A stretch of 64,000 nucleotides of DNA from Candidatus Latescibacterota bacterium. Its GTDB lineage: Bacteria > Latescibacterota > UBA2968 > UBA8231. Below are positions 1 through 9,990 of the stretch, piece after piece. Location of the stretch: assembly GCA_965205655.1 (NCBI GenBank), contig CBDBIJ010000110.1:1-64000 (forward strand), written 5' to 3'. The position numbers and the translations under genes are program-made. Under the pieces are notes generated by a model. That model was given only the letters and a program-made list of their open reading frames with translations, ran no database searches and had not been told where the DNA came from. The first letter of the stretch is position 1, and each line of letters opens with the position of its first letter.

Positions 1-64
1 AGGAGCAGCGCCATAGCTCAAAGAGCTAAAGATCTCATCTCATACCTCCTCGCGTTGACGCGGG

Positions 65-739
65 TCACAACCACGCGTAGGCCGCGCGAATTCTCTCCAC
101 GCCATCTGTTTCCACGACATCCCCATGGCTGACGACGACGCGGTCGAAATCCCATCCAAGGATTTCGTCCACGGATCGGCGTGTCAACGCGGCGTCTTTG
201 ATGCACGACCTGTAGAGCTTCGAAGGACCCACCGTGCGATAGACGCCGCTCAACTTCAGGAGGGCGGTCGTTGGGAATGAGCAATCGCGGCCAAGGTTAA
301 ACACAAAATCGGCGACTATCAAGAATCTGCTCGGCCGGTGACACAACAGCACTTCGTTTACCGAGGGCATGCCCTCGATCTTCTCCATTCCCACATCCTC
401 GCCCAGCTCTGACGGCCAGTCGCCGGGCAGGAGCCCGTGATAGGCGCCATGGCTCCTGGCAAAGCCCTCAGCAGCCAGAAAGGTTGCCGCAGGGTAGGCT
501 TTCAACCATTGCTTGAGATACAGATCGTGGAAGGTGCTGGGAGCGATGAGGTATCGCACCTGACCCAACCGCGCCAGTTCCGTCGCCAGATCGACGCTGA
601 AGCGCACCGGGGAATGAACGAGGAGCTGCCCCTCCCCCCAGCGAATGACCGTCATGCGGTGGCCGAGCTCGAAGAGGCCCGCAAGCTTCATGGGATCGTC
701 CCGCACCCAGATGTCGTCCGCCAGGGATATCAGACTCAA
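65..739 (-). CDS. DUF4336 family protein (metallo-hydrolase-like)
   Basis: Motifs RMTVIR..LLVHSPV, YLIAPSTFH, LIVADFVFN, WDFDRVVVSHG; its TTG start overlaps the stop of the kinase C-terminal fragment. Confidence 0.75.
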   Translation of the reverse strand: MSLISLADDIWVRDDPMKLAGLFELGHRMTVIRWGEGQLLVHSPVRFSVDLATELARLGQVRYLIAPSTFHDLYLKQWLKAYPAATFLAAEGFARSHGAYHGLLPGDWPSELGEDVGMEKIEGMPSVNEVLLCHRPSRFLIVADFVFNLGRDCSFPTTALLKLSGVYRTVGPSKLYRSCIKDAALTRRSVDEILGWDFDRVVVSHGDVVETDGVERIRAAYAWL

Positions 740-913
740 CGAACTGCCTCCCTCCCGGTGCTGAGCAGGTCCACTTCGAAGCAGCTGCCACCACCTTCGC
801 GGCTGATGCAGCGAGCGTCGCCTCCGTGATGACGGGCGATGCGTCGCACGAGGGCGAGCCCCAGACCGACTCCGGACCCGGGGGATTCTCGCGTGCCCGG
901 CGGGCGGTAAAAC

Positions 914-2297
914 GAGCTATAATCAGAAGGTGTGGAAATAGACAGACGGCGATCCTACCCTTCCTTTGTAATTAGCCATCACAAACGCCGGGGCTATCCC
1001 GGCAGGAAGAGGAGAATCGCCATGGCACAACCTAAGCCGAGCACGACGGAAATGTCCATGCCCACGTTCGAAACGCTGGAAGAGTGGACACGCTCGCAGA
1101 TTCAGTCGCTGATGCAGTCGGTTCTGGATGAAGAAGTCACCCATGCGCTGGGACGGTCACGGTACGAGCGACAGGCACCGTTGGACGCAGCCGGCGGCTA
1201 CCGCAATGGGTACGGGAAGCGGCGGCGACTGTCCTTGACCTCGGGCACGATCGAGGTGAAACGCCCTCGGGTGCGGGGTCTGGAAGAGCGATTTGAGAGT
1301 GCGGTACTGCCGCTGTTCGCCCGGCGCACCCAAGAAATAGGTCAGCTGCTGCCAGAGCTTTACCTGCACGGTTTGTCTCAGGGAGACTTCGAGCTGGCGC
1401 TGCGCGGCCTGCTGGGCAAGGGAGCGCCTTTGTCGGCGTCCTCGATCGCTCGTTTGCGTGAGAAGTGGATCGTCGAATACAACGCCTGGCGCAGCCGACG
1501 ACTGGACGACTGGATGACCGCGAGCTCGTCTACGCCTGGGCGGACGGGATCTACGTCAAAGCCGGTCTTGAGAAGCAAAAAGCCGCTCTCCTGGTGGTCA
1601 TCGGCGCGATGAGCGATGGGCGCAAAGAAGTCCTGACGATTGTCCCGGGCTATCGCGAATCGACAGAGTCGTGGGCGGGCGTACTGCGCGATCTGCGTGA
1701 CCGCGGACTGAGCGTGGCGAAGTTGTTGGTGGCGGATGGGCACCTGGGTATCTGGGCGGCCCTGGCAGAGGTCTGGCCGGAGACGGCTGAACAGCGATGC
1801 TGGAATCACCGCATCCTGAACGTGCTGGATAAGCTGCCAAAACGCGTGCAGGTCGAAGGGCGGCACCTGCTGACACAGATCCCGTACGCGCCGACCCGTC
1901 AGGAAGCGACGAAACGTCGCGATCAATTCGCCAAACGGTTTCGCCGCGAGTGTCCAGACGCCGTCGATATCCTTGAGCGCGATTGGGACCGTATGGTGAC
2001 ATTCTACGACTTTCCCGAGGCCCACTGGCAACACCTGCGCACCACCAACGTCGTCGAAAGTCCCTTCGCTTCGGTACGGTTGCGAACCAATGCGGCCAAA
2101 CGATACAGGAAGGTGGCCAATGCCACCGCCCTCATTTGGCGGGTACTGATGGTGGCCGAGAAACGATTCCGGCGACTCAATGCACCGCATCTCATGGCTG
2201 ACGTCTACGCCGGGGAGTGCTACGAAAACGGATCACCCATCGCGCAAAGGAAGAAGATCGCCGCCTGAGTCGTTTACACACCATTTGACCCAAGCTC
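914..2297 (+). mobile_element. IS256-family insertion sequence, 1384 bp
   Basis: Imperfect IRs GAGCTATAATCAGAAGGTGTGGAAA / GAGCTTGGGTCAAATGGTGTGTAAA; 9-bp TSD CGGTAAAAC at 905-913 and 2298-2306. Confidence 0.92.
1022..2268 (+). pseudogene. IS256-family (mutator) transposase, frameshifted by an 8-bp tandem duplication at about 1499-1514
   Basis: YRNGY, LYLHGLSQGDF, WADGIY, VADGHLG, QRCWNH and LRTTNVVES motifs split between ORFs 932-1612 and 1465-2268. Confidence 0.88.
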
Positions 2298-3409
2298 CGG
2301 TAAAACGGCTCGAAGATGCGCTCCCGCTCGGCCTCCGGGATACCGGGGCCACGATCGCACACCCGCAGGCGCGCTCCATTCGCGTCGCCGAGCACCGTCG
2401 CCTCTACAGATTGGCCCGAACCGTGGCGCCGGGCGTTTTCGAGCAGGTTGCGCACGAGACGTCGAAGCATGCGCCTGTCGCCGCGAACGACCACCGGCTT
2501 TCCGGAAACCTCGGCGTCGGTCCTGGTCGCCTCTTCAGCGAGCAGGGCGAGCAAATCGACATCCTCTGGCCGCTGGAGCTGATCGGAGCTGTCGAGGCGA
2601 CTGCCGAGGAGGATTTCCTCGATCAGATCGTCGAGCTCGGCGATGTCCGCTACCACCTGCTCGCGCAGCTCGGGGCGGTCGTCTCTGGCCAGAAGCTCTA
2701 CGGCGACGCGGATTCGCGCCAGCGGCGAGCGCAGCTCATGCGAGGCCCCGGCCAGCACGTTGCGCTGCGCCTCCACGAGGCGCTCGATGCGATCGGCAGC
2801 GCGGTTGAAGCTGCGGGCGAGGTCGGCGACCTCGTCCTTTCCCTCTACCTCCACACGGGCGGAAAGCTCACCCTCTCCGAGAGCGTCGACACGCTGCTGG
2901 AGGCGCTCGAGCCGGCCTACCAGTCGACGCACGATCGGGTAGGCGCCGACCCCGATGGCCAGGGCGAGGATGCCGATGACCGCCAGGCCTCCGAAGGTCC
3001 TGTGTCCGGGCGGCGCCACGTGGCGAGCGACGAGCCAGCGTCCGTCGACGAGGGGAATCGCCACTGTGAAGCCGGCCCCGCGCGAGTGCAGCATACCGCC
3101 GCTGCGACGGCCTTGCTCCACCGCGGGGAGCGGGGCGCCTACGGAAGCGAGCAGATTCCCCGCAGCCGAACGAACTGCCAGATGAACCGGGAACAGCTCC
3201 GCGTAGCGCTCCAGACTGGCCTGCAATTCCGCCGCCAGTCGGTCGCTTGGCGGCAGCAGGTCGGTGAGGACCACGCCCGCCCCTTCGATGAGACGGTGGT
3301 CCTCAATGGTGCGCGGCACGAGGAACCACCCCACCGCCGACAGCACGGCGAAGAGGAGGATGATTCCCAGCGCAGTCACGTAAATCTGTTGGTATAACCG
3401 CCGCATCAC

Positions 3410-4126
3410 TCAGGCACCGCCATGTATGGCAGCGTCTTCGTCCTGAATGCGGGCGAAGACATACCCGGCCCCGCGCACGGTGATGACGCGGCTCGGTCGC
3501 TTGGGGTCATCCTCGATGGCGGCGCGAATCCTCGAGATGTGCACATCGATGCTGCGGTCGAAGGCCTCCAGTGTGTCTCCCTTTACGCGGTTCATCAGAT
3601 AATCGCGCGAAAGCACGCGGCCGGCATTCTCGGCGAGAGCTGTGAGTAGATCGAACTGATAACTGGTCAGTGACCGGCTCTCACCATCGACGCGGACGGC
3701 GCGGGCATTGCGGTCGATCTCGAGCCTGCCGAATCGAAGAGCGGGCACGCTGTCGGCGATGGCGCGATCCCCCCGGCGCAGAATTGCCCGCAGTCGCGCC
3801 AGCAGCTCCCGCGGGTTGAAGGGTTTCGGAAGATAGTCATCGGCGCCGAGCTCGAGGCCAACTATGCGATCGGTCTCGTCGCCACGAGCGGTGAGCATGA
3901 GGATGGGGATAGCCGACTCGCCACCAACCTGTCGGCACACGTCGAATCCGTCCATGTCCGGCAGCATGACATCGAGGATGAGGGCATCGAAGGTGCCTTG
4001 GCGTAGAAGACTCAATCCCCGGGTCGCATCGGGGGCGGCCGTGACCTGAAAGCCGGCGCCGTCCAAGTACTCTGCCACCATTGCGGCGAGGCTCTCGTCA
4101 TCTTCGATGATGAGGATTGGTGTCAT
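3410..4126 (-). CDS. OmpR/CpxR-family DNA-binding response regulator
   Basis: Receiver (IIEDD, LDVMLP, ADDYLPKPF) plus winged helix (RSIDVHISRIR, TVRGAGY). Confidence 0.95.
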   Translation of the reverse strand: MTPILIIEDDESLAAMVAEYLDGAGFQVTAAPDATRGLSLLRQGTFDALILDVMLPDMDGFDVCRQVGGESAIPILMLTARGDETDRIVGLELGADDYLPKPFNPRELLARLRAILRRGDRAIADSVPALRFGRLEIDRNARAVRVDGESRSLTSYQFDLLTALAENAGRVLSRDYLMNRVKGDTLEAFDRSIDVHISRIRAAIEDDPKRPSRVITVRGAGYVFARIQDEDAAIHGGA

Positions 4127-4219
4127 TGGATCACAATCAGGTGGGCCGTGCGTGCGAACGCTTCCCGGGAAGCTCCCGCACCGGCATGGCCCTCCTTACT
4201 GGGAGGATCACCGACTGCC

Positions 4220-4741
4220 TCAATGCCGGTGTCTGTCGACGTGCTCCATCAGCTCCGCCCGCTGCTCGGGTGTGAGCACCTCGGCGATATCCGCCATGGC
4301 CGTGACCAGCTTGCTCGAGGCGGCGTCGGCCAGCTGCAGCTCGGCTGCGCGGATCTCGTCGATGGTCCCGCGGTTGATGGTCGTCTGGGAGAAGGCGTCG
4401 CTGTTGCTGCGATGCCGCTGAGCGAGCTCGAACAGATCGTCGACCGAATTGCGCACGATCGTCGTGACCTGCTGCTGCTGCTGTTCGCTGGCATCGACTC
4501 TTCGGAGCATCCATTTTGCCGCCGATTCGGCTCGCTCGCGAGCTTCTTCAGGGTCGTCCATATGGCCGCGGTGGCCCCAGTGGCCGTGACCCGAGCGCCA
4601 GCCATGGCCGTGGTTGCCGTGGCCGCAACCACCGCATCCCGCCATGAGTGTTCCGGCGAGTCCGGCCAGGACTACGCCGATTCCAGCGGCCAAAAACCTC
4701 TTTCGCTTCCTCCCCGTCCCGGATTCCGTTGAACCAGTCAT
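4220..4741 (-). CDS. Spy/CpxP-family periplasmic protein with His-rich N-terminus
   Basis: Signal/lipoprotein-like N-terminus, GHGNHGHG segment, LTPEQR (LTXXQ) motif; upstream of a regulator-kinase pair. Confidence 0.8.
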   Translation of the reverse strand: MTGSTESGTGRKRKRFLAAGIGVVLAGLAGTLMAGCGGCGHGNHGHGWRSGHGHWGHRGHMDDPEEARERAESAAKWMLRRVDASEQQQQQVTTIVRNSVDDLFELAQRHRSNSDAFSQTTINRGTIDEIRAAELQLADAASSKLVTAMADIAEVLTPEQRAELMEHVDRHRH

Positions 4742-4825
4742 GTCGCTGCTCCTTTCGTCAGCTGCGGCATTGCAGCTTACGAGGTGTAACGTAGAAGCAG
4801 CCGATTTCGGCAGTTTGTCGCCGGT

Positions 4826-4840
4826 GTAAAGTTATGTAAA
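4826..4840. promoter_or_regulatory. CpxR-type direct-repeat box GTAAA-N5-GTAAA upstream of the Spy/CpxP gene
   Basis: GTAAAgttatGTAAA matches the CpxR consensus, about 85 bp upstream of the start codon. Confidence 0.65.
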
Positions 4841-4868
4841 GAGGGGGTTAGCGGCCGGGATATGGAGG

Positions 4869-6157
4869 CTACGCGAGATCGGCGAAGACGCGAGTGGCTG
4901 CTGCCACTGTCTCGTCGATCAGGGCCTCTGTGTGGGCTGCGGATATGAAGCCGGCCTCGAATGCCGACGGCGCCAGGTAGATTCCCTGTTCCAGCATGCC
5001 GCGGAAATAGCGCTCGAACAGAGCCGTATCCGACGTCTGCACATCCGCGTAGTTTCGCACCGGGTTGCTATTGAAGAACAACCCGAGCATCGACCCGCAG
5101 TGGGACACCACGACGTCGATGCCCGCATCGTCAGCTGCGCCTCTCATACCCGCGTGCCAGCGGACGCCGAGCTCCTCGAGCTTCGGGTACGGATCCTGTT
5201 CCCGCAGAGAGCGCAGAGTCGCCAGGCCCGCCGTCATTGCGAGTGGGTTGCCGGACAGAGTCCCGGCTTGATAGACCGGACCGCTCGGGGCGAGTCGCTC
5301 CATGATATCCCGCCGGCCTCCGAAGGCACCCACGGGCAAACCGCCTCCGATGACCTTCGAGAAGATGCTCAGGTCGGGCGTGACGCCGAAACGCTCCTGG
5401 GCGCCGCCGAGCGCCACCCTGAAACCCGGTCATGACTTCATCGAAGATGAGGACGATGTCCCTCCTCGTGCAAATGTCGCGAACGCCCTCGAGGAAGCCA
5501 GGAAGTGGCGGCACGAGGCCCATGTTGCCGGGCACCGGCTCTAGAATCACTGCTGCGATGTCGCCGGCGCCGATGCTTTCGATCGACTTCTCGAGCAGCT
5601 CGAGGTCGTTGAACTCGATGCTCGCAGTGAATCTGGCGATCTCCTCCGGAATGCCGGGGGATCCGGCGATGCCGAAGGTCGCCACGCCGCTGCCGGCGGC
5701 GACGAGGAGGCTGTCGGAATGGCCGTGGTAGCAGCCGTTGAACTTGATGATGTGGTCGCGACCCGAGAATCCGCGAGCGAGACGAATGGCCGTCATCGCC
5801 GCCTCGGTGCCGGAATTCACCATCCGCACCATTTCTACGGATGGTACGACCTCGACGATGAGTTCGGCGATTTCGACTTCGATGTCAGTCGGCGCCCCGA
5901 AGCTGGTGCCCCGATCGAGGACGGACGCGAGGGCGTCTATGACGGTGGCGGGGCGATGACCCAGCACCATCGGTCCCCATGAGCCGACGAAGTCGATGTA
6001 GCTGTTGCCGTCCGCGTCGGTGACGGTAGCGCCATCGGCGTTTCGTATGAAGAGCGGCTCGCCGCCGACGGCCTTGAACGCCCGAACCGGGGCTGTTGAC
6101 CCCACCGGGAATGACCTCGGTCGCGCGACCGTAGAGGGTGCGGGATTTGTTGGACAC
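4869..6157 (-). CDS. hemL: Glutamate-1-semialdehyde 2,1-aminomutase; two +1 frameshifts (about 6090 and 5425), probably sequencing errors
   Basis: [55 protein letters not shown] and APSAFEA in three successive frames. Confidence 0.9.
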
Positions 6158-6208
6158 GAGTCCGATATTCTCCGTTTTCAAAACGGGCGCGTCTTGGGCG
6201 CTCGTCCT

Positions 6209-6520
6209 TTAGCGTCCCTTGAACATGGTGGCCCGGATGAGCTGGATGTACTGATCGGCCACCATGGCGCGGAAGCCGCGACCCACCAGGTCGGACTGCA
6301 GCGCCTCTGCCGATCTGCCTCCCATCATCTGCTGGAAGATATAGCGGCATACATGGTTCGGAGACGAGTTCACGGAGAGCTCGTCGAGGCCGACGGCAGC
6401 TGCCGACTCATCGCCGATCTGGTCCAGCAGCTGTTCGGAGGAAAGGTCGTCAGAGGTCGAGGCGGCACCTCCCTTCTGCGGGGAACTCTTTCCGAACCAG
6501 CTGCGGAAAACACCCATCAA
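6209..6520 (-). CDS. Hypothetical protein
   Basis: 103-aa ORF co-oriented between msrA and hemL; no recognised motif. Confidence 0.5.
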   Translation of the reverse strand: MMGVFRSWFGKSSPQKGGAASTSDDLSSEQLLDQIGDESAAAVGLDELSVNSSPNHVCRYIFQQMMGGRSAEALQSDLVGRGFRAMVADQYIQLIRATMFKGR

Positions 6521-6707
6521 AGCAGTTCAGTGGCGCGCTGGAGCCCGTTGAAGAAGTCGCTTTGAAGGCGAGGCTGAGGCATTGCGGCCGAGATCAAGGC
6601 GCGCGAGTGGAGCTGCATTGAGGGGAGATGCAGCGAAAGAGCGCAACGTAGAGATCGGCCGCAAGGGCCAGCCGCAGCCCAAATGGGCGGAGCACAGGAT
6701 GTGCTCA

Positions 6708-7202
6708 TCAACGGGCTCCTATGCTGTGTTTCTCGAAATACCTTTGGTGGTACTCCTCGGCGCGATAAAACTGGGGCGCGGTCTCGACCTGAGTGACGAT
6801 CGGGTTCGCAAATCGTCCTGAGCTTTCAGCCCGATCAATCGAAGCGCGCGCGGCGGCCTCCTGCTCTTCACTGTGAGAGAATATGACCGACCGGTACTGA
6901 CTGCCCACATCGGGTCCCTGGCGATCGAGGGTCGTCGGATCATGGACGCTCCAGAGGCGATCGAGGAGTTCGTCGTAAGTGACACGCCTGGAATCGTACT
7001 CGATCTGGACGACTTCGGCGTGGCCAGTCCTACCAGTGCAGACCTGCTGATATGTCGGGCTCTCCACGGTTCCTCCGGCGTACCCCGCCGAGACGTCGGT
7101 GACTCCGTCCACCTGCCGGAATGCATCCTCGACGCCCCAAAAGCATCCGGCCCCAAACGTAGCGAGTGATCCGCTCACGTGCTCTCTCCTTTTCTTCGTC
7201 AT
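6708..7202 (-). CDS. msrA: Peptide-methionine (S)-S-oxide reductase
   Basis: GAGCFWG, GHAEVVQ, RQGPDVGSQYRS, AEEYHQRY. Confidence 0.95.
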   Translation of the reverse strand: MTKKRREHVSGSLATFGAGCFWGVEDAFRQVDGVTDVSAGYAGGTVESPTYQQVCTGRTGHAEVVQIEYDSRRVTYDELLDRLWSVHDPTTLDRQGPDVGSQYRSVIFSHSEEQEAAARASIDRAESSGRFANPIVTQVETAPQFYRAEEYHQRYFEKHSIGAR

Positions 7203-7347
7203 CCGTCCGCACGTTGGAACTTCACGTGTCGTTTCAAAGAAATCAAGCCCGTCCGATGGCGTGGAGACCCTCTTTGTCGTTCATTTCGCCCCCGGATTTC
7301 TTTTTGGCAGCTCGCCCTCCTCGCTGCTCCCCGCGCCTGTCCACGGT

Positions 7348-7956
7348 ATGAATCAGTTTCTCCCGGGCCGGGCCCCCCTGCCGGATGGTCGCGCCATGCG
7401 GCGGCTGGGACTTCGGCTGTTCCTCATCTCTCTCACCGTCTTCTTCACAGCGGCACTATTCGTCTACGTCATCACCGGAATGGACAGACCTGCCGGCGAG
7501 GGCGACGACCCCGTCATCCCGACCTTGATTTGGGGATCTACCCTGTTGTTACTTTTTTCGGGGGTTGCGATAGAAACGGCTGCCCAGTTGGCGAAACGGG
7601 CGATGCTGGAGCGCGCCCGGCGATGGCTTGCATTTGCGACCCTACTCAGTCTGGGATTTATCGCCGTCCAAGCCGTGGCAGTGGCGCAGTTGATGGAGAT
7701 ACATCGAATAGAGCTGACGAGGCCCATCATCGGGCTCTCGGGGCTGACTTCCGTCCTCATCATCATACATGCCGTTCACGTTGCCGGCGGCATGGTTCCT
7801 CTGACCCTGCTCGTGAGCAGGGCGCTGCGCGATCGCCTGAGCCTCGAGCACATTCCGTCGATCCGCGGCTGCGCCACTTACTGGCACTTCCTCGAGATCG
7901 TCTGGCTCATTATGCTGGCCGTGTTCTCGCTCGTAGCTCGGCCTCCAGCCGGCTGA
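7348..7956 (+). CDS. Heme-copper oxidase subunit III family membrane protein (orphan)
   Basis: Five hydrophobic helices; HAVHVAGG and YWHFLEIVW motifs. Confidence 0.8.
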   Translation: MNQFLPGRAPLPDGRAMRRLGLRLFLISLTVFFTAALFVYVITGMDRPAGEGDDPVIPTLIWGSTLLLLFSGVAIETAAQLAKRAMLERARRWLAFATLLSLGFIAVQAVAVAQLMEIHRIELTRPIIGLSGLTSVLIIIHAVHVAGGMVPLTLLVSRALRDRLSLEHIPSIRGCATYWHFLEIVWLIMLAVFSLVARPPAG

Positions 7957-7990
7957 GTCCATTGTAGAAAACCAAGGGCAGCTCGAGGAG

Positions 7991-8770
7991 TCAGGAAATC
8001 AATTTGCGCAGTTCCTCCCCGTTCTCCTTCCACCAGCCGAACAGGATCGCCATATCTGTGCCGATGCAGAAATGCCTGACACCCAGATCGAGATAGTACT
8101 TTGCCTCCTCGGGGGAGCTGATTTCCGCGCGCGGCTGGACCCCCATCTCGAGCGCTTTCGCCATCACTTCGCGCTCGACGGCCTTGATTTCCGGCGAGCG
8201 TCCCTGGCCGATCTTGCCACTGCTCATCGAGAAGTCTGCCGGACCCCACTGGATCATGTCCACCCCCGACGACAGCATCTCCTCGAGTTCGTCGACAGCC
8301 GTCTTTTTCTCCACCATCAGGACGACGACGATATCCCTGATCATGTCCAGGTAGTCTGCTGAGCCCCCGTATCCCATGAAGGTGAAGCGCCGCGATACCG
8401 CGCCGAAGTTTCCGCCGTCCTCGGGCGTGTCGGGGCGTGCGATCGCGACGCAATCCCGGGCATCCTGCGCGTTTCTGCAGTCGGCGAACAGGACGCTCTC
8501 GAACCCCGAGCCGATGGCGCGCTGGGCGATGAAGGAGCGCGGATCCTGCTCAACCTTCACCATCGTCGAGAGGCCGTGCAGCTCTGCCGCGCGGCAGAGA
8601 TCGTCGAAGGTGAACAGATCCCATGGGGCGTACTCGGCGACGAATTCGACATAGTCGTACACACCGGTGTGTCCGACGGCCTCGATGATTGAGGGCCAGG
8701 TCGAGTGAACGTGGGTGCCGAGTGTCGGTTTCCCCGCCTTCAGCAGCTCGCGGAATTTGTTGGGTTTGAT
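7991..8770 (-). CDS. HpcH/HpaI aldolase family protein, apparent ATC start
   Basis: EFVAEYAP, LMVEKK, QWGPADFS; the frame stays open upstream to ATC-KPNKFRELLKAGKPTLGTH, preceded by AAGGAGGT. Confidence 0.8.
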   Translation of the reverse strand: MKPNKFRELLKAGKPTLGTHVHSTWPSIIEAVGHTGVYDYVEFVAEYAPWDLFTFDDLCRAAELHGLSTMVKVEQDPRSFIAQRAIGSGFESVLFADCRNAQDARDCVAIARPDTPEDGGNFGAVSRRFTFMGYGGSADYLDMIRDIVVVLMVEKKTAVDELEEMLSSGVDMIQWGPADFSMSSGKIGQGRSPEIKAVEREVMAKALEMGVQPRAEISSPEEAKYYLDLGVRHFCIGTDMAILFGWWKENGEELRKLIS

Positions 8771-8811
8771 AGCCCTACCTCCTTGGTGTGTAGGTGTCGG
8801 AAGCGTGCGTC

Positions 8812-9894
8812 TCAGCGAGTGAGGAACTTGATGCAGACAGGCGCGGGCAAATTCACCACGTGCCCGGTTGCCGTAAGTGCCCCATCCGCCTCGTCGATGC
8901 GGAAGGTGACGATGCTGTTGCCGACATGGTTTGCCGCCAGCACGAAGGTGCCCGACGGGTCGAGCCCGAAGTTGCGCGGCTGGCTCCCCTGGGTGGGTTC
9001 GTGACCGATCAGCGTGAGGGTTCCCGACGATTCGTCGATGGCGTAGATGGCGATACTGTCGTGGCCGCGGTTGGATCCGTAGAGAAATTTGCCGGTCTTG
9101 TCGATGTGAATATCCGCTGTATGGCTCTCTTCGGTATATCGATCGGGCAGCGTGTCGATCGTCTGTATTTCATTCAGCGAGCCCGACTCTTCATCGAAGC
9201 CGAAGGCCGTAATCGTGTTGTCGATTTCGTTGATGACATAGGCGTACTTCCGACTCGGATGGAAATCGAAATGGCGCGGTCCGGCGCCGGGAGCGACCGA
9301 GGCCCACGGCGGCGAGTTCGGCACAAGTTTTCCGGCAGCGAAATCGAGCTCGTAGATGAGGATCTTGTCGAGTCCGAGATCCGGTGCGAAGGCGCGGCGA
9401 TTCGCCGGGTCGATGACGATGGAGTGGGCGTGCGGTCCTTGCTGACGGTCGGGATTGGCGCTGCTACCCTCGTGCTGCACGAAATCGCTGGCCTCATCCA
9501 GCAGGCCATCGTCGCGAATCGGCACCATGCAGACACTGCCGCCACCGTAGTTGGCGACGACGACGAAAGCGCCGCTCGCGTCGACGCTGCAGTGACACGG
9601 TCCCGGGCCGACGCTGGAAACCGTATTCATCAGTGTGAGCGCTCCGCTGTCCGGGTCAATAGCGAATGAGTTGACAGTGCCTCCTTCGCCTTCGCCGCCT
9701 GACTCGCCAATGGCGTAGAGGAAACGTCCGTTCGGGTGAAGCTCCAGAAAGGACGGATTCGTCACCCCTGCCACCGCGCTGGTGCGCTCGAGCTCTCCGG
9801 TTGAACTCATGCGGTAGACGTAGATCCCCTCGCTGTCGTCGCTGGCGTAAGTACCGACGAAGACGAACATCTCTCCTGCTGATGTGTCAGTCAT
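8812..9894 (-). CDS. pgl: 6-phosphogluconolactonase / lactonase family beta-propeller
   Basis: VFVGTY, NPSFL, VANYGGG, RQQGPHAH, DLGLD, GAGPRH, SNRGHDSI, PRNF. Confidence 0.88.
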   Translation of the reverse strand: MTDTSAGEMFVFVGTYASDDSEGIYVYRMSSTGELERTSAVAGVTNPSFLELHPNGRFLYAIGESGGEGEGGTVNSFAIDPDSGALTLMNTVSSVGPGPCHCSVDASGAFVVVANYGGGSVCMVPIRDDGLLDEASDFVQHEGSSANPDRQQGPHAHSIVIDPANRRAFAPDLGLDKILIYELDFAAGKLVPNSPPWASVAPGAGPRHFDFHPSRKYAYVINEIDNTITAFGFDEESGSLNEIQTIDTLPDRYTEESHTADIHIDKTGKFLYGSNRGHDSIAIYAIDESSGTLTLIGHEPTQGSQPRNFGLDPSGTFVLAANHVGNSIVTFRIDEADGALTATGHVVNLPAPVCIKFLTR

Positions 9895-9990
9895 TTCTTG
9901 ATGTCTCCGGATTCGACGAAAGCTCGATGCGATAACGACTGCGGACCAAACTGGAGCAGCTACACTATATCAAATCATCTCAGGCCACAA

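Larger units (their letters stand above)
736..3409 (-). pseudogene. HAMP sensor histidine kinase (CpxA-like), interrupted by IS256 (N-part 3409-2298, C-part 913-736)
   Basis: H-box ASHELRSPL, N-box NLLENARRH, G1 CDRGPGI and F-box IFEPFYR precede the IS; reading resumes below 913 as PPGTRESPGSGVGLGLALVRRIARHHGG...FEVDL to TGA at 736-738. Confidence 0.9.

Noticed and set aside
5410..6100. Programmed frameshifting in hemL
   Set aside because: Two short homopolymer insertions with no recognisable stimulatory signals; the same error pattern occurs elsewhere in the window
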